NCBI GenBank assembly: GCA_964517975.1
Contig: CAZFDM010000126.1
Span: 1,818 to 65,817 of the forward strand
Length of the DNA: 64,000 nt
Direction: 5' to 3'
DNA from: an uncultured Syntrophaceae bacterium
Lineage (GTDB): Bacteria; Desulfobacterota; BSN033; UBA1163
Shown: positions 47,299 through 57,182 of the stretch, in pieces
Numbering within the stretch: position 1 is the first letter of the stretch
Layout of the letters: every line of letters starts with the position of its first letter
Translations under genes and position numbers: made by a program
Notes under the pieces: model-generated
Database searches by the model: none
What the model saw: only the letters and a program-made list of their open reading frames with translations
Told to the model about the DNA's origin: nothing

Positions 47299-47556
47299 AT
47301 GAAATCTCAAATTACCATCCGGTTGCCCGAGGATCTTGAGGAAGACTTGAACGAGATGAGCCGGAAGTTTCGGTTAAAACGCTCGGATATTGTTCGCATG
47401 GCCCTTGAGAAGTTTGCCAGAGAATTCAAGGGGGCCGAAACCGAAAGACCCTACGAAAAGGTTGCGGATGTGATCGGAACGATTTCAAGCGGTCTCCCTG
47501 ATCTCGGAGAGGCCCATAGAAAGTATCTTTTAAAAAGGATGAGGGGCCATGCGTAA
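47299..47556 (+). CDS. vapB: ribbon-helix-helix antitoxin (VapB/CopG-like)
   Basis: ITIRLPEDLEEDLNEMSRKF RHH N-terminus; overlaps toxin gene by 8 nt (ATGCGTAA). Confidence 0.7.
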   Translation: MKSQITIRLPEDLEEDLNEMSRKFRLKRSDIVRMALEKFAREFKGAETERPYEKVADVIGTISSGLPDLGEAHRKYLLKRMRGHA

Positions 47557-47962
47557 CCTTATCCTCGATACGGGACCTTTTGTTGCCTTGCTCGATTCGA
47601 GTGAGAGGAACCATGGGCGGTGCGTCCGTTTCCTTAAGGAGTTTCACGGCCAGATTTTTACGACGGAACCGGTATTGACGGAGGTAATGTATCTTCTCGG
47701 TCCCTCCATCAGGGACCAGAGGGCAGCGATGGAATTTATTTTAAGAGGTGGGGCTACCCTGGTTCCCCAATCGTTAAACAGTCTAAAAAGGGCAATGGCA
47801 TTCATGGAGAAATATAAAGATGTCCCAATGGATTTCGCCGATGCCACTCTTGTGACGCTTGCGGAGGAGATGGGAATCTCTGAAATATTTTCATTGGATA
47901 CAAAAGGTTTCAGCACCTATCGGATCCATGGGAAAAAACCCTTTAAAATATGGCCACAATAA
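47549..47962 (+). CDS. vapC: PIN-domain toxin
   Basis: ILDTGPFVALLD...acidic PIN residues; 137 aa. Confidence 0.8.
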   Translation: MRNLILDTGPFVALLDSSERNHGRCVRFLKEFHGQIFTTEPVLTEVMYLLGPSIRDQRAAMEFILRGGATLVPQSLNSLKRAMAFMEKYKDVPMDFADATLVTLAEEMGISEIFSLDTKGFSTYRIHGKKPFKIWPQ

Positions 47963-47965
47963 TGG

Positions 47966-49616
47966 GTGAGAGGGATGGCGACGCTCCATTTTAAAGGTAA
48001 AACTTTTGTCCAGAATCATCATTTGACGGTGAAGTATCACCAGCTCATCCCGAAGAAGGATAAGAGTTTAACGGACAAAGTTAGCCTTAACGATAACCTC
48101 ATTATCCATGGTGATAATCTCAAGGCCCTAAAGGCCCTTCTTCCCACTTATGCCGGTAAGGTGAAATGTATTTACATTGATCCACCTTATAACACCGGAA
48201 ATGAAAGATGGGTCTATAACGACAATGTCAACAGTCCGATGATGCAGGAGTGGCTTGGAAAGGTTGTTGACAGGGAAGATTTGACCCGCCACGACAAATG
48301 GCTCTGCATGATGATGCCGCGGTTGAAACTGCTGAGGGAGTTGTTGAGAGATGATGGAATAATCTTTGTGAGCATTGATGATAATGAAGTTCACCACTTA
48401 AGAATGCTGATGGATGAGGTGTTTCAAGAAGAGAATTTTAGAAATTTAATAGTTGTTCGAAGAGGTGTAAAAAGTGTTCAGGGTCAATTTGAAAGCATTG
48501 ATAAATTAGCAGAGGGTACAGAGTATGTTTTGGTTTATACGAAAAGTAAAGATTTTCGATTGAATCAATTCTTTATTGAGTTGTTTGAAACGCGACAAGG
48601 AACATGGAATAACCATTGGCGTGGAACAGATAGGCCGACTATGAGATATGAGTTGTTTGGAATTATTCCTTCAACTGGCCAGTGGCGGTGGAGCCGAGAG
48701 AGAAGCTTAAAAGCCATTGAGAATTATAAAAATTTACTTAAAGAATTTAAGAAAAATGGTTTATCAATTACTCAAAAAGAAATTGATGAATACTACTTAA
48801 AAAAAACTTGCAGAGGGAGATGATCTTGATCTATTAAGACTTTCAAGTACTGGGAAGCCAGAACATTATGTACCACCTTCTGATTACAAACTTGGAAGTA
48901 CAATGTGGACTGATTTACTTGCAAATCGCACAAAGGAAATTGTTGATATATTCGGAATGAAAGTCTTTGAGAATCCAAAATCAATTATGCTTCTCAAAAG
49001 ATTATTTGGCTTAGCGGGGGTAAATAGAGATAGTATTATCTTAGATTCTTTCGCAGGCTCTGGCACAACGGCTCACGCTGTTTTGGATTTGAATAAAGAG
49101 GATGGTGGCAATCGGAAGTTTATACTCGTTGAATGTGAGGATTATGCAGATAAAATAACTGCTGAAAGAGTAAGGCGGGTGATTAAAGGAGTTAAAAACG
49201 CAAAGGATGAGAAATTACGAGAAGGCCTTGGAGGGACATTCAGCTATTTTGAACTCGGCGACCCCATTGAGATGGAGAGCATTCTTGAAGGAGATAAATT
49301 ACCGAGTTACCTTGACCTTGCGCGATATGTTTTTTATACAGCTACTGGGGAAGAATTCGATCCTAAGAAGGTAAATGAAAAAAATAACTTCATAGGAGAA
49401 TCAAGAGAATATGAAGTCTATTTGTTTTATAAGCCTGACATTGATTATCTGAAATCGACCGCCCTGACGCTTGACAAGGCAAAAGAATTAGGTTCTTACA
49501 AAGGTAAGAGGCGTCTTGTCTTTGCCCCGAGTAAATATCTCGATACGGATTATCTTTTAGAGTATCGGATAGATTACTGCCAGTTACCTTTTGAGATTTA
49601 TAAGTTAAGGGAATAG
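47966..49616 (+). pseudogene. mod: Type III restriction-modification methyltransferase (Mod) split into two ORFs by +1 frameshift at A8 tract 48799..48806
   Basis: N-part has motif IV DPPYN; C-part (48903..49616) has motif I FAGSGTT; removing one A of the A8 run joins them in frame through LKKLAEGDDLDLLRLSSTGKPEHYVPPSDYKLGST. Confidence 0.7.
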
Positions 49617-49617
49617 A

Positions 49618-49878
49618 ATGCCAGAGATTAGTAGGTTTTTTGGTATCATCATCGCGATGTTCCATCGTGAACATTATCCACCACATTTCCACGCAAGGTA
49701 TGGAAGTTATATGGCATCGATCAGAATAGAAGATCTCGCAGTAGTTGAGGGGTATCTTCCTCCAAGAGCATTGGGGCTTGTTATGGAATGGGCTTATATG
49801 CATAAAGAGGAGCTTCTAAATGATTGGAAATTAGCAATGGAAAGAAAACCTCTTCTCCCGATCGAGCCGTTAAAGTAA
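49618..49878 (+). CDS. DUF4160-family protein
   Basis: 86 aa, GIIIAMFHREHYPPHFHARYG pattern. Confidence 0.55.
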   Translation: MPEISRFFGIIIAMFHREHYPPHFHARYGSYMASIRIEDLAVVEGYLPPRALGLVMEWAYMHKEELLNDWKLAMERKPLLPIEPLK

Positions 49879-49890
49879 GGAGGTGGCTTT

Positions 49891-50199
49891 ATGTACTACG
49901 ATGTGATTGAAGCAAGGTATATCGAAGGCTATAAACTGGAACTTACTTTCGAGAATGGGAAAAAAGGGGTCGTCGATTTTAAAGATTATGTAAAATTAGG
50001 AGGGGTTTTCAGCCGTTTTTCTGATCTTGAGTATTTCAAACAATTTTATATCAATAAAGAGTTAGGTGTTTTATGCTGGCCCGATGAGGTGGATATTGCT
50101 CCGGAGACACTCTATAGCGAGGCAACCGGCGAGCCATTGCCTTCATGGATGATTCCCAAAATAGATGAAGAGAAACCAGAGAAGGCAGTAGTCCTATAA
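49891..50199 (+). CDS. DUF2442-family protein
   Basis: 102 aa, YKLELTFENGKKGVVDF pattern; stop 3 nt before res start. Confidence 0.55.
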   Translation: MYYDVIEARYIEGYKLELTFENGKKGVVDFKDYVKLGGVFSRFSDLEYFKQFYINKELGVLCWPDEVDIAPETLYSEATGEPLPSWMIPKIDEEKPEKAVVL

Positions 50200-50201
50200 T
50201 T

Positions 50202-52718
50202 ATGGAGCTTAAAGAATATCAGAAAAAGGCATTGGAACAGGTCAAGCGTTATTTGGAAGCGCTTGCTGACTTCAAAGCTAAAAATGAGAGGCTGATAAAA
50301 CAGGACCCTGAGATTTCAATCAACTTCCCGCAAAAAGCGTGGGAGAAGGCAGTAGGGGCAAATTATTATTCAAGAAAGAATGGGTTAGGTGAGGATCTGC
50401 CCAATTTTTACCTCAAAATCCCTACAGGTGGAGGGAAGACCCTCCTTGCCTGCCATGCCATTGACCTGATAAATAGAACTTATTTAAAAAAACAGACAGG
50501 TATTGTCCTTTGGATTGTTCCGACCACACAAATTTATCGACAAACCCTAATAAATCTTAAAAACCGGGAACACCCTTATCGTCAGGTATTGGATATCTCG
50601 AGTGGTGGAAGAACCGTTATCTTAGAAAAGACAGATCGATTTACCCGATTGGATGTTGAAGAGAATCTTGTGGTGATGCTCTTGATGTTACCCTCTGCCA
50701 GCAGACAGAACAAAGAGGTGCTAAAAGTTTTTAAAGACAGCGGAGGGTTTGGTGAATTTTTCCCAGCCGAAGATGACAGAGTGGGAAATGAGAGACTTTT
50801 GAAAGCGGTTCCTAATCTGGATTGCTTTGGAGATGAGAAAGTCTTTTGGGGCCGGGTTGTTAAAACATCTCTCGGTAACACCCTTAGATTATTGAAGCCA
50901 ATCATTATTATTGACGAAGGCCATAAGGCATATAGTGAAATTGCCCAGAAGACCATCAGAGATTTTAATCCCTCAATTATAGTGGAGTTATCAGCCACCC
51001 CACCTAAAAACAGCAATATATTAGTCAACATCAGTGGACAGGAACTCAACCGGGAAGAGATGATTAAGCTCGATTTACATATTGCTAACAAAGCAAGTAT
51101 TGACTGGAAGAATGCCATGCTTGCCGCTCTGGAGAAGAGGAATTTTCTTGAGAAGAAAGCCAAGGAGTATGAAGCCAATACAGGGGAATATATTCGACCC
51201 ATCTGTCTCATTCAGGTCGAAAGGACGGGGAAGGAGCAAAGGGGCACAAAATTTATCCATGCCGAGGATGTAAAGGAATATCTGATCAAACAATGCGGGA
51301 TTTCAGAGGAAGAGATAGCCATAAAAAGCAGCGAGAAAGACGATATTGAAGGGATTGATCTTTTAAGTAAAGACTGCCCTATCCGCTTTATCATTACTAA
51401 ACAAGCATTGCAGGAGGGTTGGGATTGTGCCTTCGCTTATCTCCTTACTATCCTTACCAATCCGAGCTCACAGCTCAGCATCACTCAGCTCGTTGGAAGA
51501 ATTTTAAGGCAACCCAAAGCGAGAAAAACGAAGGTGAAAGAGCTGGACGAAAGTTATGTATTTTGTTTTAGGCAGAAGGCAAAAGCACTTTTAGAAAATG
51601 TAAAGAGGGGATTCGAGACTGAAGGGCTTGGAGATCTGGCTGGAAGGGTCTTAATGGAGGAGGGAGATAAAGAGACTATAGAAGCAACCAAAGAAAGGAC
51701 AGTGGGTTATAGAGAGAGATTTAAGAAATTTGAAGGGAAGATTTACCTTCCCAAATTTGTAATTCAGGAAAAGGATGGCTGGCGTGATGTCAATTATGAG
51801 ATGGACATTCTAAGCAGGATTGATTGGAACCAGATATCTATAGAGGCATTAAAAGATATTTCGCTTGGAAAGATAAGGCCCGAAGAGCATGAGATCGTTG
51901 TTGGATTAAGCGAAGATATAAAGGAGTTAATTAAAGAGAAAGGCAGGGTGTCTAAGGAAGGTGGTTTTGAAATCAACAAGGTCTTTATGACCAGACAGAT
52001 TTTGGATGTGGTTCCTAATCCATGGGTGGCCTATGAAATATCCAAAAAGGTGATTGACCTATTTTTGATGGAGAATGATGAAGAAACAGTTGCTAACAGC
52101 CTCGTTTTCATCATTGAGGAGTTGAAAAAACATCTGATCAAAGAACGGGACAGATTAGCAGAGAAGGTGTTTAAAGACCTCATAGAGAAAAAGGTTTTAT
52201 GGTTCTTTCTCCTTTCTGATAAAGGTGGTTATAAATTACCATCCAGCATAAAAGTGAAAAATACCTCCAAAGCACTTATAAGATCAGACCATACACCAAT
52301 CCAGAGAAGTCTGTTTGATTTTGTTCCAGAAGAGGAATTTAATGAACTCGAAAAATCGGTTGCCCTTTATCTTGACGAACAGGAAAGGCTTTTATGGTGG
52401 TATCGGAATTTGTCGAGGCAGGATTATTATGTTCAGGGATGGAAGAAAAATAGGGTGTATCCAGATTTCATCTTCACCGATATGGATCATAAAAAACAAG
52501 ACGATTATAGTAAGGTCTATGTCATTGAAACAAAGGGTTTGCATCTCAAAAACGAGGATACAGAGTATAAGAAGGATGTGTTTTCTTTTTGCAATAAATT
52601 GGGGAAGCAGAAGGATTGGCGAGATTTGAATTTGGAATTTAAAGAAAAGAGAGTGGAATTTCAGGTCGTTTTTGAAGATGAGTGGAAGAGGCGGATCAAC
52701 CAAATATTTGAAACCTAA
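50202..52718 (+). CDS. res: Type III restriction endonuclease Res subunit (SF2 helicase-nuclease)
   Basis: Walker A PTGGGKT, motif II IDEGHKA, SATP, QEGWDC, QLVGRILRQP; 838 aa. Confidence 0.85.
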   Translation: MELKEYQKKALEQVKRYLEALADFKAKNERLIKQDPEISINFPQKAWEKAVGANYYSRKNGLGEDLPNFYLKIPTGGGKTLLACHAIDLINRTYLKKQTGIVLWIVPTTQIYRQTLINLKNREHPYRQVLDISSGGRTVILEKTDRFTRLDVEENLVVMLLMLPSASRQNKEVLKVFKDSGGFGEFFPAEDDRVGNERLLKAVPNLDCFGDEKVFWGRVVKTSLGNTLRLLKPIIIIDEGHKAYSEIAQKTIRDFNPSIIVELSATPPKNSNILVNISGQELNREEMIKLDLHIANKASIDWKNAMLAALEKRNFLEKKAKEYEANTGEYIRPICLIQVERTGKEQRGTKFIHAEDVKEYLIKQCGISEEEIAIKSSEKDDIEGIDLLSKDCPIRFIITKQALQEGWDCAFAYLLTILTNPSSQLSITQLVGRILRQPKARKTKVKELDESYVFCFRQKAKALLENVKRGFETEGLGDLAGRVLMEEGDKETIEATKERTVGYRERFKKFEGKIYLPKFVIQEKDGWRDVNYEMDILSRIDWNQISIEALKDISLGKIRPEEHEIVVGLSEDIKELIKEKGRVSKEGGFEINKVFMTRQILDVVPNPWVAYEISKKVIDLFLMENDEETVANSLVFIIEELKKHLIKERDRLAEKVFKDLIEKKVLWFFLLSDKGGYKLPSSIKVKNTSKALIRSDHTPIQRSLFDFVPEEEFNELEKSVALYLDEQERLLWWYRNLSRQDYYVQGWKKNRVYPDFIFTDMDHKKQDDYSKVYVIETKGLHLKNEDTEYKKDVFSFCNKLGKQKDWRDLNLEFKEKRVEFQVVFEDEWKRRINQIFET

Positions 52719-52769
52719 ACCATTATCATCATATCTAACACCTTTGTTGTGTTCATTTAATAAAGAAGA

Positions 52770-53567
52770 ATGATCAAGATCGGCACAAGTGGGTTTTCTT
52801 TTCTGGATTGGAAGGGGCCGGTTTATCCTGTAGGGTTACGGGAAAGGGATATGCTCTCTTTTTACGAGAAAGAATTGGGATTTAATGCCCTGGAGGTTAA
52901 TTTCACTTACTATGCCCTTCCTTCCCAGAAGAGTTTTTTAGCGATGTCGAAAAAAACTACCAAGGACTTTGAGTTTGTTGTAAAGTCTTTTAAAGGGATG
53001 ACCCATGAGATTCGTGATAAGGGAACAGGGGAGATCCTGGATAATCAGGAGGTATTTAAAAAGTTTAAATATAGCCTCATCCCTTTACTGGAAGAAGGAA
53101 AACTGGCCTGTGTGCTGGCCCAATTCCCTTATGGATTCTTCCCAAACAAGTCAAACCTTGACTATCTTAAGCGGTTTCGGGAAGAGATGCTCGATATTCC
53201 TTTAGTCTTTGAGTTTCGGAATCAGATATGGCTCAAAGACCAGACCTTCCAATTTTTAGAAAGGAATGGGATTGGGTTTTGTGTGGTCGATGAACCGAAA
53301 TTGCCTAAGTTGATGCCCTATCTTCCAAGGGCCACTTCCGAGATTGGGTACTTTCGATTTCATGGGCGAAACCCGAACTGGTTTAACGCACCCACTTCAA
53401 TAAGGTATGATTATTTATATAGTGAAAAGGAATTAAAGGAATTCATCCCAGATATCAAAGATATTTCAAAAAGGACGGCAAAGACTCTGGTCTTTTTTAA
53501 TAATTGCCATGCAGGATCTGCAGCCAAAAATGCGGCCCAGATGGCGAGGATGCTCATAAACGAATAG
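52770..53567 (+). CDS. DUF72 (YecE-like) protein
   Basis: IGTSGFSFLDW N-terminal signature. Confidence 0.7.
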   Translation: MIKIGTSGFSFLDWKGPVYPVGLRERDMLSFYEKELGFNALEVNFTYYALPSQKSFLAMSKKTTKDFEFVVKSFKGMTHEIRDKGTGEILDNQEVFKKFKYSLIPLLEEGKLACVLAQFPYGFFPNKSNLDYLKRFREEMLDIPLVFEFRNQIWLKDQTFQFLERNGIGFCVVDEPKLPKLMPYLPRATSEIGYFRFHGRNPNWFNAPTSIRYDYLYSEKELKEFIPDIKDISKRTAKTLVFFNNCHAGSAAKNAAQMARMLINE

Positions 53568-53645
53568 GATTCAAGGGGCCTGGGGTTCGAATAAATTTTT
53601 TAATTCTTGAACCCCAACTCCTTGACTCCTTAACAAGGAGGTAAC

Positions 53646-54023
53646 GTGGTCAAGATCGATTTTAAGAAAGGGAAAGGGCTTGTCCCTGTCATCATTCAGG
53701 ATGCTACGACCCATGAAGTCCTCATGATGGGGTATATAAACCAAGAGGCTTGGAGAAAGACACTGAAGGAAAAGAAGGCAACCTTCTGGTCAAGGTCTCG
53801 GAAGAAACTCTGGTTAAAAGGAGAGACTTCAGGCCATGTTCAGGAGGTAAAAGAGATCTATCTTGATTGCGATGGAGATGCCCTTCTTTTTAAGGTAGAC
53901 CAGATCGGAGGGGCTGCTTGCCATACGGGATACCGGAGTTGTTTCCATTACAAGTATGAGAAGGGGAGATGGAAAATATCAGGAGAAAAGATATTTAATC
54001 CGAAGGAGGTATATCAATCGTGA
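53646..54023 (+). CDS. hisI: phosphoribosyl-AMP cyclohydrolase
   Basis: 125 aa, LVPVIIQD..., [15 protein letters not shown] motifs. Confidence 0.85.
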   Translation: MVKIDFKKGKGLVPVIIQDATTHEVLMMGYINQEAWRKTLKEKKATFWSRSRKKLWLKGETSGHVQEVKEIYLDCDGDALLFKVDQIGGAACHTGYRSCFHYKYEKGRWKISGEKIFNPKEVYQS

Positions 54024-54892
54024 AGATTCTTAAAGTTGGAATTCCAAAAGGAAGTCTGGAAAATGCCACGATCGAACTTTTTCGAAAGTCGGGATGGAAG
54101 ATTTCTGTCAGTGGGCGAAGTTATTTCCCTTCGGTGGATGACGACGAGATGCGCTGTACGTTGGTTCGAGCCCAGGAGATGTCACGATTTGTAGAGATGG
54201 GGACATTAGATGCAGGGCTCACCGGGAAGGATTGGGTTTTGGAGAATGGTTCGGATGTTATCGTTGTTCAAGACCTGATTTATTCCAAAACCAGCCCTGT
54301 TCCTGCCCGATGGGTAGTGGTGGTGGCAGAGGATTCGCCCATTCGGACTATAAACGATTTAGAAGGGAAGAAGATCTTTACCGAACTGGTCAATTTCACT
54401 CGAAGATATTTTGCCGAGCGGAATATTCAGGTGGATGTGGAGTTTTCATGGGGGGCGACCGAGGGAAAGGTGATTGAGGGGTTGTGTGATGCGATTGTAG
54501 AAGTGACAGAGACCGGAAGCACCTTGAAGGCCAATGGTCTTCGGATTGTTGAAGAATTGATGCAGACCAATACTCAACTGATTGCCAATCGAGAGTCTTA
54601 CCAAGATCCATGGAAAAGGGAAAAGATTGAACAAATCTCTCTCCTTCTTCAGGGAGCCCTTCGAGCAGAAGGGATGGTTGGCCTTAAAATGAATGTTTCA
54701 GCCAACGACCTCCAGAGCGTCATCGAAATCCTACCGAGCATCACCGCACCTACCATCTCGAACCTTTTTCAAAGTGACTGGTTTGCCATAGAGGTGATGG
54801 TTTCTGAAAAGGTGGTCAGAGAGTTGATTCCCCAGCTCCTCAAACGAGGAGCAGTGGGGATCATTGAATACCCGCTCAATAAAGTCATTTGA
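54020..54892 (+). CDS. hisG: ATP phosphoribosyltransferase, long form
   Basis: [11 protein letters not shown]-terminus, 290 aa with C-terminal regulatory domain; 4-nt overlap with hisI. Confidence 0.85.
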   Translation: MKILKVGIPKGSLENATIELFRKSGWKISVSGRSYFPSVDDDEMRCTLVRAQEMSRFVEMGTLDAGLTGKDWVLENGSDVIVVQDLIYSKTSPVPARWVVVVAEDSPIRTINDLEGKKIFTELVNFTRRYFAERNIQVDVEFSWGATEGKVIEGLCDAIVEVTETGSTLKANGLRIVEELMQTNTQLIANRESYQDPWKREKIEQISLLLQGALRAEGMVGLKMNVSANDLQSVIEILPSITAPTISNLFQSDWFAIEVMVSEKVVRELIPQLLKRGAVGIIEYPLNKVI

Positions 54893-54922
54893 GGCTAAGG
54901 GTTAGGCTGAAATAAATTTAAT

Positions 54923-56258
54923 TTAATCTTGACATTTTTGAAGAAGTCCAACCACTTCCATGTGATAGGTCTGTGGAAACATATCGATAAGTTCCAGCCT
55001 CTCGGTGGAGTATCCTCTTTCGGTCAGAAGTCGAAGATCCCGAGCAAAGGTGCTGGGTTCACAGGAGACATAAATCACCTTTTGGGGTTTTAGCCTGATC
55101 ATCTGTTCCAAAATATCCCGGCATCCCTTTCTTGGAGGATCGACTACAATGAGGGTGGGGTTTTCGTTTTCCAAACTCTTCAAAACCTCTTCAACCCTCC
55201 CCTGAATGAATTTACAATTTCTGATTCCATTTCTTTCTGCATTAAACCGTGCGTCCTGAATCGCTCTCCGATTCTCCTCAATCCCAAAGACTTCCTTTGC
55301 TCCTATCGCTGTTAGGGGAAGGGTTAGATTTCCAATTCCACAATAGAGGTCAAGTGCTCTCTCCACCTTATGTCTTCCTGCCCATTGGAGAATGGTTTGA
55401 ATTAACCTTCGATTCTGCATTGGATTGACCTGAGAAAAACTCCCAGGAGAGATTCGAAGAGTAAGCGTTTTATCCCCTTTTCCTGGATTCATAGGGATTT
55501 TAAATTTCAGGGTTGGATCACCTAAATGATTTAATCCTCCTTTTTGACCTATCACAATTCCTTTGAGGATGGGATGGGTTTTTAAAATTTCTTCAAAGAG
55601 GCTTTCTGTTTTTTTTCTTAGGAGAGAGATAAGGAAGGAGGATGACCCCTTGGTTCTCATCTGGAGAGACATTGATTTCTATTTCTTCTGTTTGAATAAA
55701 GGAAAGTAACCTTTCTCTAATTATTGACAAGAGTTGGTTGATTAAGGGATGGGCAATCGGACAGGTCTGGATATCTACCACCCGATGTGACTTCTCTTGA
55801 TAATAACCCAGCCTTTTCCCTTTTGCTTTCAGCTGAACTCTCACCCTATATCCATAGGGTTGAGGAGAGTGGATCACGGATGGGGGAGGGATTTCCTTAA
55901 GCCTTCCAATTCTTTTTAAGAGATCTTCTAAAATCTCCTTCTTGATCTTACATTGTCTCGAATAATCAATATGTTGCCAATGACAACCTCCACAACTCCC
56001 AAACCTTGTGCAGAGAGGGTTGGTTCTCCAAGGAGATGGATTGAGGATCTGAATTAACCTCCCCTTCGAGTAATTCTTCTTCTCCTCAATCACCTCGATC
56101 CATGCCCGATCCCCAGTCATGGTATATGGGATAAATACCACCTTCCCATGGATGCGAGCCACTCCATAGCCTTTAAAACCAACGGATTCGATAAGGACCT
56201 CGAATTTTTTCATCCTATTCAAAAATAGCATGAGGGGGGGATGAATCAATGGAGTCAT
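54923..56258 (-). pseudogene. rlmD: 23S rRNA (uracil-5)-methyltransferase RlmD/RumA split by frameshift at homopolymer (T8 on + strand 55609..55616)
   Basis: N-part 55593..56258 has TRAM domain and C..C..C Fe-S motif CTRFGSCGGCHWQH; C-part 54923..55672 has FSQVN, DLYCGIGN, VDPPRKG, YVSCEP; ORFs overlap 80 nt; deleting one base of the run restores ...LSPKKKTESLFEEIL... Confidence 0.7.
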
Positions 56259-56333
56259 AGAGGGAAAAGGAGAAATTTTACTTGAAAGGGATGGAAGAGA
56301 ATGAGTATGATAAAAAAATAGAATTGGTTCCTT

Positions 56334-57026
56334 ATGAAATCAACAGTAGAATTGGAAAGATTGCAAAGAAGAGTGGTTCGTTGTCGAAAGTGTCCCAGGC
56401 TGGTCACCTATCTTCAGGAGATTGAAAGCCATAAACCCAAGAGATTTCGGGAATGGACCTATTGGTCAAGACCCCTCCCCAGTTTTGGGGACCCATATGG
56501 TCGTGTTTTGATTGTTGGATTGGCCCCAGCCGCCCACGGAGGTAACCGAACCGGTCGAATGTTTACAGGTGATCGGAGCGGAGAATGGTTGTTCAATGCA
56601 CTCTACCAATTTGGTTTTGCTAATCAATCCAATAGTCTTCAACTGGATGACGGATTCAAGTTGAACGATTGTTATATTACAGCCACCATTCGATGTGCAC
56701 CCCCTCAGAATAGACCCTCCCCAGAGGAAATCGAAAACTGTCGGCCTTATTTTATAGAGGAACTAGACCTTCTTAGAAATGTCCAGATTTTCATTCCTTT
56801 GGGTCAAATTGCCTTTAATCAAACCTTAAAGGGGCTACGATTGAAAGGACTCAAAGTTCCACCTCTATCTTTTGGGCATGGGAGAGTCTATCCTCTTCCA
56901 AATGGGAAGACAATCGTCACCTCCTATCACCCAAGCCAACAAAATACCCAAACAGGTAGACTCACGAGGCCGATGTTTTATAAGGTATTTGAAATAGTTG
57001 GAGATATCCTAAAAGGCTATAACTAA
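56334..57026 (+). CDS. uracil-DNA glycosylase, family 4/5 (UDGb-like)
   Basis: N-terminal Cys cluster (CRKCPRL), GLAPAAHGGNRTGRMFTGD motif, C-terminal HPS. Confidence 0.7.
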   Translation: MKSTVELERLQRRVVRCRKCPRLVTYLQEIESHKPKRFREWTYWSRPLPSFGDPYGRVLIVGLAPAAHGGNRTGRMFTGDRSGEWLFNALYQFGFANQSNSLQLDDGFKLNDCYITATIRCAPPQNRPSPEEIENCRPYFIEELDLLRNVQIFIPLGQIAFNQTLKGLRLKGLKVPPLSFGHGRVYPLPNGKTIVTSYHPSQQNTQTGRLTRPMFYKVFEIVGDILKGYN

Positions 57027-57085
57027 TTGGTAGGGAAAGGAATTGATGGATAAAAAGACAATAATTTTAGTAGTTTAAAATTTTT

Positions 57086-57114
57086 TTGACATTCATTATT
57101 TTTTAATATAAAAT
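57086..57114 (+). promoter_or_regulatory. sigma70-type promoter TTGACA-N17-TAAAAT upstream of Fur-family gene
   Basis: ttgaca 57086..57091, taaaat 57109..57114; AT-rich spacer with partial dyad could hold a Fur/PerR box. Confidence 0.35.
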
Positions 57115-57182
57115 ATTTGTTAATAACCAATTTCTTAAAGAAAGCAAAATCTTTGTTGAATCATGAAAAACGAATAAATGAA

